The translations under genes and the position numbers were made by a program. 64,000 nucleotides of DNA from Candidatus Latescibacterota bacterium (GTDB taxonomy: Bacteria > Latescibacterota > UBA2968 > GCA-2709665), in the NCBI GenBank assembly GCA_965226795.1, contig CBDDDZ010000004.1, positions 480,001 through 544,000 on the forward strand, read 5' to 3'. The notes under the pieces were generated by a model. That model did no database searches. It was not told the DNA's origin and saw only the letters and a program-made list of their open reading frames with translations. Of this stretch, positions 51,210 through 61,168 are shown piece after piece. Positions within the stretch are counted from its first letter, which is position 1; each line of letters opens with the position of its first letter.

Positions 51210-52478
51210 ATGGATCTGAACCGTGTGGTCCTGGACCTGGGAATCGAGAAAAGCCGGGCGGCCCTTGAGTCGGAGTGGGAGGTCTCACACAGCGCGATAC
51301 CGGAAGGGGAGATCCGCTTTCTCTCGCACGATTTCGTGAACGAGGCCTGCCGTGGGATTTATCTGCCAGAACACATCGTTCAGGCTGCCGTCGACGCGGC
51401 GGCCCGGGTGGCGGAGAGCCCCGCGTTGCGCGCGTTGGCCTGGCACTGTCACTGGTGCCTCTACCGCGTGGAAGGATATCCCAGCCGCCTGGTGGACAAT
51501 TGGCCTTGTATGAAGGGTCCGCTAGGGGAAACGGCGGGCCTGTTCTACCTGCTGGTGCTGCTGTCATGGTTTCCCAATATGCGAGCGGTGCACCGGGCGC
51601 ACGGGCTTCCGGAACGGGTCGTGCGCGATAGCATGGATCAGATTTACCTGCGGGGCGGGACCTGCAGCGTAAATTTCGGCCGATGGGGCCTGGATGGACA
51701 CGCGGCTCGCTGGCTGGCCAATTTCCTCCGTGGGGAGATCTACGCCCTGGGTCGCCTTGAACATCAGTTCAGAGTAATGGACGACCCGTTTAAGGTCTAC
51801 CGCCACAGGGAGTCGTCGAAGGTCATCGCGCTGAGCGAGGACGGCGTCTCCTATCGCCCGGACGGTCAACGACACAGGGCGGGAGATACGCAGCCGGCGT
51901 GCACCTCCCGTCTCCTGATCACAAAGGACGAGATTGCCGGGCACCCCATCCTCCCGACCGGTCGCGCCGCTGAAGAGATGGTAACGATTTCCGCGGCCGA
52001 CTGGATTCCTGTCCTCGGCAGGGGGGACCCCATCCTGTATTTTCATATTCCGGGCGGAATCCCGCTGGACCACGCCGCGTGCGGGGATTCCTTCAGGGCC
52101 GCGATGGACTTCTTCCCCCGCCATTTTCCCGAACGCCCCTACAAGGCGTTCTTCTGCGGTTCCTGGTTGCTGGACACCCAGTTGGAAGATTGGCTGCCGC
52201 CCGGGTCGAATCTGGTGCGTTTCCTGCAGGAGTTCTATCTGCTGCCGGGCGGCATTTCGGAACGGTCAATTTTACAGACGGTGTTCGGAAATGCGTCAAC
52301 TGACCTCGGCGATGCGCCCATGGACACGTCGCTTCAGCGGGCAATACGGGACCATGTATCCATGGGTGGACGGATCGATCCCCGCGCCGGCAAATGCTTC
52401 TTGTTCCCTGAAGATCTGGCTTGGGGTAGCCAGGCGTACCGAACAACGAAATTTCCGTGGCATCTGGTACGTGATTGA
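51210..52478 (+). CDS. Acyltransferase-domain protein (DUF5596/GNAT-like)
   Basis: LGRLEHQ, FHIPGG.PLD, CGSWLLD.QL..LP..SNLVRF, TSLQRA. Confidence 0.75.
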   Translation: MDLNRVVLDLGIEKSRAALESEWEVSHSAIPEGEIRFLSHDFVNEACRGIYLPEHIVQAAVDAAARVAESPALRALAWHCHWCLYRVEGYPSRLVDNWPCMKGPLGETAGLFYLLVLLSWFPNMRAVHRAHGLPERVVRDSMDQIYLRGGTCSVNFGRWGLDGHAARWLANFLRGEIYALGRLEHQFRVMDDPFKVYRHRESSKVIALSEDGVSYRPDGQRHRAGDTQPACTSRLLITKDEIAGHPILPTGRAAEEMVTISAADWIPVLGRGDPILYFHIPGGIPLDHAACGDSFRAAMDFFPRHFPERPYKAFFCGSWLLDTQLEDWLPPGSNLVRFLQEFYLLPGGISERSILQTVFGNASTDLGDAPMDTSLQRAIRDHVSMGGRIDPRAGKCFLFPEDLAWGSQAYRTTKFPWHLVRD

Positions 52479-52552
52479 CTTGAAATGCGCGGCGGATACG
52501 CCCTGTTACACTTGTGAACGCACCGCGCGAATGGAAACATAAGGAGGTTGGC

Positions 52553-53683
52553 ATGGAGCGGTTCGGACAGCTTGAGATGGACTACCTTGCGAAGGTCATC
52601 GCCAGCGGGACGTTGAACAGCAAGACCGGGAAATTCACGTCGCAATTGGAGGAGCGGTACGCAAAGTGGGTCGGGGCCGAATACGCCGTGGCGATGAACA
52701 GCGCAATGAGCGTGCTGCACGCGTCCGTGGCGGCCGTGGGCGTCGGGCCGGGCGTTGAGGTGGTCTGCGACCCGGTCGTCCACTTCGGCGGCGCAGCGGT
52801 GATGTATCACAATGGGGTACCGGTATTCTGCGATATCGACGAGGATAGCTGGAATATGGATCCCGATTCGCTGGAAGCGTGCATCACCGAATACACTGGG
52901 GCGATCATCTGCACGCCGATGTGGGGAAACCCACCGGATTACGACGGGATTCTCCGGGTGGCGAACAGGTACGGGCTGCCCGTGATCGAAGACGTGGCGC
53001 ACGGCGTCGGGGGTTCGTACAGAGGCAGGCCGCTGGGAACCCTCGGGGCGATCGGGTCATACAGTTTCCAGGAGGCCAAGCACCTCACCAGCGGCGACGG
53101 CGGAATGGCGGTGACCGATCGGGCTGAAGTGTTCGAGAAAATGCTGGAAATGAGGATCCTTAAGACGACCCTGGGCTGGAATTATCGCATGACGGAATTG
53201 CAGGCGGGGGTGATGCTGGCGCAGATGGAAAGGGCCGAAGGGATTATCGCGGCGCACCACAGGGCGGGGGCGCTCTACTGCGACGCCGGGAAGGAGACCC
53301 CGTGGCTCGTGCCGCAACGTGTGGCGGAAGGGTGCGTGCATGCCTATCACGGCGTTGCGTTTCGATTCGAAGGCGACAGCGAAGGGATTTCGGTGGAGCG
53401 CTTTCAGGAGACCATGACCGAACACGGATGTCGGGTCTCCATCGGGTACAAGAGACGCTCCGCGGCCGAAGATCCGATTTTCACCGAGGTCCTGGCCTAC
53501 GGCAGCGGGTGCCCTATCCGGTGCCCCCATTACAAGGGCGAAGCGCGCTATGGAAAAGGGGTGACGCCCGTGGCCGACCGCGCGGTGCCCCGCATGGTCG
53601 TGATGCCGATGGACGTTTACACGCCGGGAAAGACCGAGGAATATGCGGAAAGGTTCCACGCGGGTCTGAAGGCGCTCGGGTAA
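52553..53683 (+). CDS. DegT/DnrJ/EryC1/StrS PLP aminotransferase
   Basis: AAGGAGG RBS; VIEDVAH, YSFQEAKHLTSGDGG, GWNYRMTELQA. Confidence 0.9.
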   Translation: MERFGQLEMDYLAKVIASGTLNSKTGKFTSQLEERYAKWVGAEYAVAMNSAMSVLHASVAAVGVGPGVEVVCDPVVHFGGAAVMYHNGVPVFCDIDEDSWNMDPDSLEACITEYTGAIICTPMWGNPPDYDGILRVANRYGLPVIEDVAHGVGGSYRGRPLGTLGAIGSYSFQEAKHLTSGDGGMAVTDRAEVFEKMLEMRILKTTLGWNYRMTELQAGVMLAQMERAEGIIAAHHRAGALYCDAGKETPWLVPQRVAEGCVHAYHGVAFRFEGDSEGISVERFQETMTEHGCRVSIGYKRRSAAEDPIFTEVLAYGSGCPIRCPHYKGEARYGKGVTPVADRAVPRMVVMPMDVYTPGKTEEYAERFHAGLKALG

Positions 53684-53844
53684 GGCGAGGATCGCTTACC
53701 GGGAACAGCCCACGCTCGGGACGCCCGACGAGATCCGGCACGCGACGGAGGTTGCGCTGTCAATCGTGGCGTCCGCCCGGAATGGGTGCCCGGTTGATCT
53801 GAATCGATCCGAAATGTAGATGCGTAGAAAGAAAACGGCGGGGT

Positions 53845-54705
53845 TCAATGCCCGTGCGGCGCTTCCGTTCCATGAACAGCGGCGGATTCAACGAAGTAGA
53901 GGGCATAGGCAAGACCGATTCCCACGAGAAGGGATGCGATGAGCTTGCCGCGGTCGTGGCTGTGGAAATGGATCTCAGGGAGCAGATCGCTCAGAGCGAT
54001 GCATAGAAACGCGCCAGCGGCAAAAGCCAGCACATAGCCGACCACCGAGCCGTCGTCCAGGCCGAACAATCCCACGCCCCAGAAACTGGCAAGAGCTACC
54101 ACAGGGCACAGCAAGGCAAACCCGACGTTGACCGCCGTTCGCGCGCGCGCGCCATGACCGGCGAACTTCATCATCCCGATAATGGAGTACGCATCCAGCG
54201 GCTTGTGAAGCAGGATGGCGAGGAATACCCCGAGTGCGGGCAACGCCCCTCCGTCTTCATTCGTCGAACTCACCTGCATACTGGTGCCCAGGGCGACGCC
54301 TTCGGTTACCGTATGCACCCCCAGGCCCATGGCGACCCCTATCAGGCTGCGCGAATGTACGCCGGAATCGCCGTGGTCGTGATGATCGTAGAGACCGCTG
54401 GCTTCCGTGCTGAAGTCGTGCTGATGGAAATGGAAGATACGCAGAAGGAAGATCATCAGGACCATCCCGGCCACCACCCACGCCACGGCTCTTTCGACAA
54501 CCTCGGAGCCGGTGATGCGTTCGAGGCTGTGAGGGAAGAGATGAAACATGGCGATGCCGAGGATGAAGCCGGCCACGAGACTCATCAGAATCTGAATCCT
54601 CGTGTGGGTCATGGATCCCAGAACCGCCAGTTTCCCACCAACAAAGGAAACGGCAAAGATGCCGACTGAGTATCCCGCAACGATGAGCAGAGCGTCGTAA
54701 TCCAC
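53845..54705 (-). CDS. ZIP family metal transporter
   Basis: HFHQH..HHDH loop, VHTVTEGVALG, ILLHKPLD, DLLPEIHFHSH. Confidence 0.9.
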   Translation of the reverse strand: MDYDALLIVAGYSVGIFAVSFVGGKLAVLGSMTHTRIQILMSLVAGFILGIAMFHLFPHSLERITGSEVVERAVAWVVAGMVLMIFLLRIFHFHQHDFSTEASGLYDHHDHGDSGVHSRSLIGVAMGLGVHTVTEGVALGTSMQVSSTNEDGGALPALGVFLAILLHKPLDAYSIIGMMKFAGHGARARTAVNVGFALLCPVVALASFWGVGLFGLDDGSVVGYVLAFAAGAFLCIALSDLLPEIHFHSHDRGKLIASLLVGIGLAYALYFVESAAVHGTEAPHGH

Positions 54706-54779
54706 GATGAACTGACCTCAAATTGGCTTGAGAAGCCGTCCTCCCCTTTCAGGCGCCTGCGCACGGCCCCGGAACAGAT

Positions 54780-55421
54780 TCAGCAATAGCGACGAACTTT
54801 CGGCGGAATACAAATTCGGACCTGTTTTCGTGAAATGGCAGGGGTGCCGCAAAAGGCGTTAGCCCACTGGAACTTTTCGGGGGCAACCCTCGATCTGTGC
54901 CCCGGGTTGCCCCCTTTTGCAATCAATGCCGCCTGCTGCCGATCCTCCCCGGCCGCGAGGGCGCGATGCAAGTTCCGTACCACCTGCATGCTGGTGTCGT
55001 TGGCATTGGGCATCACCTCGGAGACCAGAATCCTGTCGTTCGGCGCGTCGATCCTCTTCTTCAACTCGTAGGACAAGACGAACGACAGATTGGCCATTAT
55101 GTATCTGTCGCCCAGGGAATGCGCCAGATTGATGATTTCAGCATTGGCGGCATAGGCGCCCACGATCAGGATGGACTTCACCTCCCGTACCGGCCACTTG
55201 TCGACCTTTACGAAGGGCCGGGGGGCGAGATAGTGCAGGCCCGGCTGCAGGTCCCGCCAGTAAACCTCGCCGAAAAGGCGACCGTAGCCGATCGAATTGG
55301 GTGGTACGGTTGTGAAACCGCTGCCCAGGAAAAGGCCGAGCAGCAATGCCCAGAGCATCAGGCCCATCGGCGCGGCCGGAGAAATGATGCCCACAATGAA
55401 ACGACTACGGGTCAGGCGGCC
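54780..55421 (-). pseudogene. Decayed SPFH/HflK-like domain, in frame behind the permease stop codon
   Basis: TM + SGFTTVPPNSIGYGRLFG..LQPGLHY; same frame as the permease, separated by one TAG. Confidence 0.65.
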
Positions 55422-56738
55422 CTATACCTTTCGCCACAGTCCGGAGAGCGGTCGGATATTCAGAACCAAGTCCTCCCAACCGCTGCGGAGCGCGCCCGCC
55501 CGGAAACGCCAGACGATTAAAACGACGAGAATTACCGCGCCCGCCCATTGCAGGAACTGTATGGCCGGCGAATGAGACCCGCCAAGGTTTACGGGAACCA
55601 TTATGCCCGTGGCCAGAAGCAGCGCATCGACAATAATGCCGAGTGCAACCGTAACGGCGATGACAGTCGAGACATAAATGGACGCGAAACGCCCGCCGAA
55701 CTGACTGACGATAATCGCGATCGTACCGGAATTGGTGGCCGGCCCGGTCATGAGAAAAATCAGCGCCGCCCCGGGGCTGAATCCCTTGGCGACGAGGGCC
55801 GCGGCGATCGGCGTACTCGCGGATGCACAGATATAGAGAGGAACGCCGATCAGCACCATTACGGGATAGGAGACCCAGCGGGCGTATTCGTTCGACATCA
55901 GATCGCTCGGAATCACCAGGAAGAGCACCCCGCCCAGCGCGACACCAACCAACAGTGCGAAGAGAATGTCGTCTGCAATCTCCACGAAACCGTAGCGAAA
56001 GACGTGCTTCACCAGCTTTTTGAAGTCGAGCGAGTGATCGTCGGAGGACTTGTCGCTGGAAGTAGCCTTTCCGGCCTCGGACGCCTGCAGTTCGTCGTGA
56101 TAGAAGGCCGGCTTCACCCAGGTGAGGGACTTCCAGCGGCCGGCCGCCGAAGCGACGCCCTTCAGCCATTGCACGAAAAGGACTTTCAGCCGCGAAAAGC
56201 TGACGTAACAGTCGTCATTTTCGGGAATGAGCGGCTCGTGCGAACCGTGATCGTGGTCGCAACAGTGGTCATGGTGGTCGTCATGTTCGCTATGGTGCGA
56301 CCCGGCTTCATCGTGGCCGTTTCGTATAAGGCCGATACAAAAGATCCCGGCGACGACTGCCGTGACGAAGCTGATAACCGGACGGACGACCGCGGCGACA
56401 AATCCGAAGAAGGCGTTTGTAACCAGGATTGAGTCCGCCCCCGTCTCCGGCGCAGTGATCAGGAAAGACATGCAGGACGAACGGGACGCACCCTTCCTCC
56501 GCATCTCGGCAACCACAGGTACAACCGAACAACTGCACAAAGGTACGGGCACGCCGACGGCCGAACTCACGGCCACGGATTTCAGACTGTCGTCTTTGAG
56601 CCAGCGGAGAATGGCCTCCCGCGAGATGAACACATGGATCAGACCGGAGAGGAACAACCCCAGCAACAGCATGGGCGCCAACAGCATGAAGGACATCCAG
56701 AGAAAGTCAAAAAAACCGGCGAACGTCTGCAGAATCAC
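55422..56738 (-). CDS. SO_0444/ArsP-like (DUF318) metal permease with His-rich loop
   Basis: GVPVPLCSCSVVP, PETGADS, PLYICASASTP, FLMTGPATN; HHSEHDDHHDHCCDHDH. Confidence 0.85.
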   Translation of the reverse strand: MILQTFAGFFDFLWMSFMLLAPMLLLGLFLSGLIHVFISREAILRWLKDDSLKSVAVSSAVGVPVPLCSCSVVPVVAEMRRKGASRSSCMSFLITAPETGADSILVTNAFFGFVAAVVRPVISFVTAVVAGIFCIGLIRNGHDEAGSHHSEHDDHHDHCCDHDHGSHEPLIPENDDCYVSFSRLKVLFVQWLKGVASAAGRWKSLTWVKPAFYHDELQASEAGKATSSDKSSDDHSLDFKKLVKHVFRYGFVEIADDILFALLVGVALGGVLFLVIPSDLMSNEYARWVSYPVMVLIGVPLYICASASTPIAAALVAKGFSPGAALIFLMTGPATNSGTIAIIVSQFGGRFASIYVSTVIAVTVALGIIVDALLLATGIMVPVNLGGSHSPAIQFLQWAGAVILVVLIVWRFRAGALRSGWEDLVLNIRPLSGLWRKV

Positions 56739-56944
56739 TCAATTGCCTCCTGTGCAACGGCAGAAGCGAGCCGACGCTTGGAAGAAGTTTCAGAAACCGT
56801 GGGCTGAAGGTGGGACGGGGAAAACGACTGACATCGCCCTGCGCGCCGCTGCGCCGGCCTCAAACGGTTAGCGTTGTCGCCTTCGGTCAGACGGGCGTAT
56901 CCACGGACACAAATGCCGGCTCCACTTCAGAGACCGGACCGGAA

Positions 56945-57004
56945 AAAATAATGATTACCAAAATTCAAGTCAAGGACAATATATATACCTAAATATAGGA
57001 TATT
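56945..57004 (-). promoter_or_regulatory. Promoter of the metal transport operon with Zur/Fur-like and CsoR-like boxes
   Basis: Minus strand TTGACT-17-TATTTT overlapping GTAATCATTAT; palindrome ATATACCT-AAATAT-AGGATAT. Confidence 0.45.
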
Positions 57005-57205
57005 TTATCACCGCTGCAAGGGGGCGAAACCCTTTTCGACGAGCCCCGGAATCGGTATGGTCGCGCCGACAGTACGACGGCGGCAGGCCGCTCACGGTTT
57101 CGATTTCACCTTCCAGATTACGTTTGGTAACGAAGGCGGGAACCACGGCTTGACTTCGGCACGGAATCCGTTCCGGGGATCGGCAGGCTCAGGGTCGGAG
57201 TCGCC

Positions 57206-57408
57206 TAGTGTTCTGTCCCGGAAATAGATTGCCTAAATTCGGCCGTCGAGTCGCCCGGCTCGCATCCTTCGACAGGCTCAGGAACCAGCGCCTTCGACCT
57301 GCGCAAGGTCGGCGAGCGAGGGCACTTCGACAAGCTCAGCGCAAGCAACGCAGCGAGACGGGATGAACCGCCGGACGAATGGTGACACATTTCTGAGACG
57401 GGACACTA
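57206..57408. mobile_element. IS630-derived MITE copy 2
   Basis: 20-bp terminal inverted repeats (16/20) TAGTGTTCTGTCCCGGAAAT / ATTTCTGAGACGGGACACTA with TA at both ends; right end reads HISETGH*; internal REP-like units. Confidence 0.8.
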
Positions 57409-58161
57409 AGCTGTGCTCCGGACATAACGCGGGCGGTTGTGCATCGGGCGGAACCCGATCCTTTTGTAGACCCTTTCGGCTGCACTGTCAGCCGCGACTT
57501 CGAGCACGGTCCAGCGATTGCCCATCGCCTGCGAGTCCGCAACTGCGCGCGCGGTCAATGAAGAGGCCACGCCTTTGCGGCGGTGTTGCGGCAGGGTGCC
57601 GACGAAGTCCACGCAACCCATGCCGTATCGGGAGTACAGCAATGCGGTTCCCGCCGCCTCGCCTTCCACGTATGCGAGATAGAGCCGCACTTCGGGAATG
57701 TCGAGGACCTGCCGGCCCAGGGCGCCCACGTCATCGGGAAAGTCGAAGCTGCGACACATGGTGTTTGCCCAGATCCCGTACCGGCCGGGATCCGGTTCTT
57801 CTATCTGAACGCATCCGGGTGCGACGGGTTGTGCGGCCCGGTCGCAGTGCATCGCCAGGGCCTGCAATGCCAACGTGAAACCCCTTCGTTTCAATCGTGC
57901 CGAAAGATCAGTGGGTCGGTCCATGGGCGAAAGGGTAAACGCGCACTCGAAATCCCTTTCCCTGAAATAGGCGAGGGCGTTGTCGATCATCGTATCCACT
58001 CCTGAGTCGGACACGTCTATCTGTACGACGCGGTGCAGCATGGGCACTTTGACGCACTCGTGGCTCAATGCCATGGCCCCGCCCAGGTCGTGGCTGTCGC
58101 ACCAGCGGGCGCGGAAACCGACCCAGAGTTTTTCGAAAATTTCCGTGAATTGACCGGACAT
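57406..58161 (-). CDS. GNAT family N-acetyltransferase
   Basis: VGTLPQHRRKGVAS, VYKRIGF; stop codon lies in the MITE end. Confidence 0.85.
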   Translation of the reverse strand: MSGQFTEIFEKLWVGFRARWCDSHDLGGAMALSHECVKVPMLHRVVQIDVSDSGVDTMIDNALAYFRERDFECAFTLSPMDRPTDLSARLKRRGFTLALQALAMHCDRAAQPVAPGCVQIEEPDPGRYGIWANTMCRSFDFPDDVGALGRQVLDIPEVRLYLAYVEGEAAGTALLYSRYGMGCVDFVGTLPQHRRKGVASSLTARAVADSQAMGNRWTVLEVAADSAAERVYKRIGFRPMHNRPRYVRSTA

Positions 58162-58484
58162 ACGGTGTGAAGATATGTGAACTTCCGCTCCGCTTCGTAT
58201 TGCAGCGGAAGCCCTGCCGCTTCCCATTCAAGCTAACGACTGCGCAGATCGGGTGAAGCCATCCTATACGTCTAAAACGGGTTTTTGAGGGCTTTTGGAC
58301 CGACATCCATTGCCAAAGTGTGCCATATTGGTATATTTCCTTCTCCGCCGAATAAGATCGACCATATGAAAATCGCGGGCGATCGGTCCTTGTCTGAAGC
58401 CGGCGGGGAGAAACGACGAACGGCCTCGAAGAAAGGTGGATCGATGAGTCATTTCATTGCATGCGGCAATCGGGGTTTTGCACC

Positions 58485-59453
58485 ATGAGATTCATTGTAA
58501 CGGGCAGCAACGGCTTCATCGGCCAGAATACATGCCGTAGCCTGATCGAACTCGGACACGATGTCATCGGTGTCGACGACCTATCTTCCGGATCGGCTGC
58601 CAACGGCGTCGAAGGCGTTCAATACCACGTCCACAGCGTTGTGGATGCGGAATGGCTCGTGCGGCTCCTGAAGAACACGGTTCCGGACGCGGTCCTTCAC
58701 CTTGCGGCGAAGCCGCGTGTTCCGGACTCTGTGAAGAATCCGCTGCGCAGCGCGGAGGCGAACACAATGGGAACCCTGTCCGTGCTCAACGCGATTTTAA
58801 AGACCGGGCTGACGGGGAGAACACGCCTGGTCTTCGCCAGCAGCAGCGCGGTCTGTGGCGACGCTTCGCTTCTTCCCACGCCGGAGGCATGCCCCTCGAA
58901 CCCGCAGTCGCCCTATGCGCTGGCGAAGCTGCACGGCGAGCAGTGGTGCGGCATGTTTCATCGATTGTATGGACTGGATGTCGTAAGCCTGCGATATTTC
59001 AACGTATTCGGACCCGGCGGGCTTTTTGGCGGCGCCTACTCAACCGTATTGTCGGCGTGGTCCTATCACCTGTTCGTGAATCCGACGTACCAGCCCTTCC
59101 TGGAAGGGGACGGTACCCAGACAAGGGACTTCTGCTTTGTCGACAACGTCGTGCAGGCGAATGTCGCCGCTGCAACCCGTGAACGCGGCTTCGCGGCGGA
59201 CGTGCTGAACGTGGGCCAGGGTGAAGCCCACTCCCTGCTGGAGGTGAAGGACGTTCTCGAGCAGGTTGCAGGCAGAGAACTCCCCCTTGAACGCCGTCCG
59301 CCTCGTGTCGGCGACGTGGCACACACGCTGGCCGACATTTCACGGGCGCGGGAGGAACTCGGGTTCGAGCCGTCGACCGACTTCTACCACCAGGTCGAAC
59401 GCACCGCGATATGGCACCGTGATTGTTATCCCCAACGGCCGTCGGAGCGTTAG
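58485..59453 (+). CDS. NAD-dependent epimerase/dehydratase (extended SDR)
   Basis: TGSNGFIG, YALAK, LRYFNVFGP, GDGTQTRDF. Confidence 0.9.
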   Translation: MRFIVTGSNGFIGQNTCRSLIELGHDVIGVDDLSSGSAANGVEGVQYHVHSVVDAEWLVRLLKNTVPDAVLHLAAKPRVPDSVKNPLRSAEANTMGTLSVLNAILKTGLTGRTRLVFASSSAVCGDASLLPTPEACPSNPQSPYALAKLHGEQWCGMFHRLYGLDVVSLRYFNVFGPGGLFGGAYSTVLSAWSYHLFVNPTYQPFLEGDGTQTRDFCFVDNVVQANVAAATRERGFAADVLNVGQGEAHSLLEVKDVLEQVAGRELPLERRPPRVGDVAHTLADISRAREELGFEPSTDFYHQVERTAIWHRDCYPQRPSER

Positions 59454-59545
59454 GGCGGGAAGGGAAAGACCAGACAGGTAAAGGGAGAGGATCTTTTCGC
59501 CGCGAACGTCTGAAGGCAGGTACCCCGACGACCGGGCTGGAAAAT

Positions 59546-59622
59546 TGGTGGGCGATACTGGATTCGAACCAGTGACCTCCTGCTTGTAAGGCAGGCGCTC
59601 TAACCAGCTGAGCTAACCGCCC
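59546..59622 (-). tRNA. tRNA-Val(TAC)
   Basis: GGGCGGTTAGCTCAGCTGGTTAGAGCGCCTGCCT-TAC-AAGCAGGAGGTCACTGGTTCGAATCCAGTATCGCCCACCA; full cloverleaf with encoded CCA. Confidence 0.97.
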
Positions 59623-59924
59623 ATGGACTTTTCGGACGCATCTTCGGTGGGTTTTTTTGACCCGCCCAACAGCAGCCCGAGAGGGATCAGCACACAGTAC
59701 CCTATCACCAGCAGAACAGGCGCAAGCGTGAGTGAAAGGAAACCGTCGACGGGCGGTTGGGACAGGCACAGGTAACCGATAAGGATCGTACCCACGCCCG
59801 CGCCAAGGAAGGTCCAGTTCCTGCGGGAATAGGGCAGGGGACTCCGGGCAGGCTCCCGCCGCTGCGTCTGCCCCCTGCGCCCGGTGCGGCCGCGAGGGCG
59901 TCGTCCTGGATTGCGCGTCGCCAT
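59613..59924 (-). CDS. DUF3098-like small membrane protein
   Basis: NW..LGAG..TILIGY..LSLTLAPVLLVIGYCVLIP; two TM helices; follows rplS. Confidence 0.7.
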   Translation of the reverse strand: MATRNPGRRPRGRTGRRGQTQRREPARSPLPYSRRNWTFLGAGVGTILIGYLCLSQPPVDGFLSLTLAPVLLVIGYCVLIPLGLLLGGSKKPTEDASEKSMGG

Positions 59925-59946
59925 CCGGTGAACCGATTCCCTTCGA

Positions 59947-60300
59947 CTAAGCGGTCCGTTTTTCCGGAATCCTTGCGGCTCTGCCCTTCAGCGCGCGCAG
60001 ATACTTAATACGTGTACGGCGCACCTTGCCGCGTCGAATCGACTCGACCCTCGCCACGCGCGGTGAGTGGAGCGGAAAAATCCGCTCGACGCCCACGCCA
60101 CCCACCCCCACCTTTCGTACCGTGAAAGTCTCGTGGATCCCGTGTCCCCGACGCTGGATCACCACGCCTTCGAACAACTGCGTTCGCACCTTCTCGCCTT
60201 CAACCACCCGTACATGCACCCGCACGGTGTCCCCGGCGCCAAACGGCGGCACGTCGGACTTGATCTGATCCTCCGTTAAGGATCTCAACAACGCGTCCAT
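59947..60300 (-). CDS. rplS: 50S ribosomal protein L19
   Basis: [35 protein letters not shown]. Confidence 0.97.
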   Translation of the reverse strand: MDALLRSLTEDQIKSDVPPFGAGDTVRVHVRVVEGEKVRTQLFEGVVIQRRGHGIHETFTVRKVGVGGVGVERIFPLHSPRVARVESIRRGKVRRTRIKYLRALKGRAARIPEKRTA

Positions 60301-60394
60301 GGTGACACTCCTGAAACGATGAAAAACACCTGACGAAAAAACTGCCGCTATCTGCCCGTTGGATGCACTGTGAAAATTCTACAACCAACGTCAG

Positions 60395-61132
60395 TTACTT
60401 CCCGTGCCCTCCAACATTGTCCTTTTCTGAACCGGCCCTGTCTCCGACGCCTTTTCTTTTTAACAGATCCGGACGCCGTTCCCGGGTCCGTTGCACCGCC
60501 GTGTCGTGCCGCCATCCTGCAATCCTCTGATGGTCGCCACTCAACAGAACATCGGGAACAGGCAAGCCCTCAAACTCTCTGGGCTTCGTATACCACGGAC
60601 AATCAAGAAGCCCGTTCTGAAACGAATCCTCCAGGGCGGATTCCGCATCTCCGATGGCCCCGGGGATCAATCGCACGATCGCGTCCAGCAACACCAGCGC
60701 GGGCAATTCGCCGCCACTCAACACGTAATCGCCCACCGAAACTTCTTCGGTAACGTACAAATCGCGAACACGTTCGTCAATACCCCGATACCGTCCGCAC
60801 AAAAACACCAGATTCGGCGCAACGGACAATCGGTTCACGGTCTTCTGATCCAGCCGCTTCCCCTCCGGCGTCAGGAAAATCACGTGCTCCAGCGGCCGCC
60901 CGGCGTCTTGAATGGCGGCCAGCGCCCGGGCAATGGGCCCGGGCTTGAACACCATTCCCGCTCCGCCGCCGTAGGGTGTATCGTCCACCGTACGGTGAAC
61001 GTCATCGGTGAAATCCCGCAAATCGTGCGCAACGACGTCAACCAGACCCGCCCGGATCGCACGACCCGAAATGCCATACGCAGCCACGTCTCGAATCAGA
61101 TCCGGAAATATGGTGAGGAAGTCGATATACAT
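60395..61132 (-). CDS. trmD: tRNA (guanine37-N1)-methyltransferase
   Basis: VDDTPYGGGAGM, CGRYRGIDER, SVGDYVLSGGE. Confidence 0.97.
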   Translation of the reverse strand: MYIDFLTIFPDLIRDVAAYGISGRAIRAGLVDVVAHDLRDFTDDVHRTVDDTPYGGGAGMVFKPGPIARALAAIQDAGRPLEHVIFLTPEGKRLDQKTVNRLSVAPNLVFLCGRYRGIDERVRDLYVTEEVSVGDYVLSGGELPALVLLDAIVRLIPGAIGDAESALEDSFQNGLLDCPWYTKPREFEGLPVPDVLLSGDHQRIAGWRHDTAVQRTRERRPDLLKRKGVGDRAGSEKDNVGGHGK

Positions 61133-61168
61133 GGGCTCTACCCGGTCGCATAGAAGCTTTCCCGCATT

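Noticed and set aside
59460..59560. tRNA-Val as the integration site of the accessory region
   Set aside because: No integrase next to it and no duplicated tRNA 3' end noticed in the window; a BLASTN would be needed to exclude one
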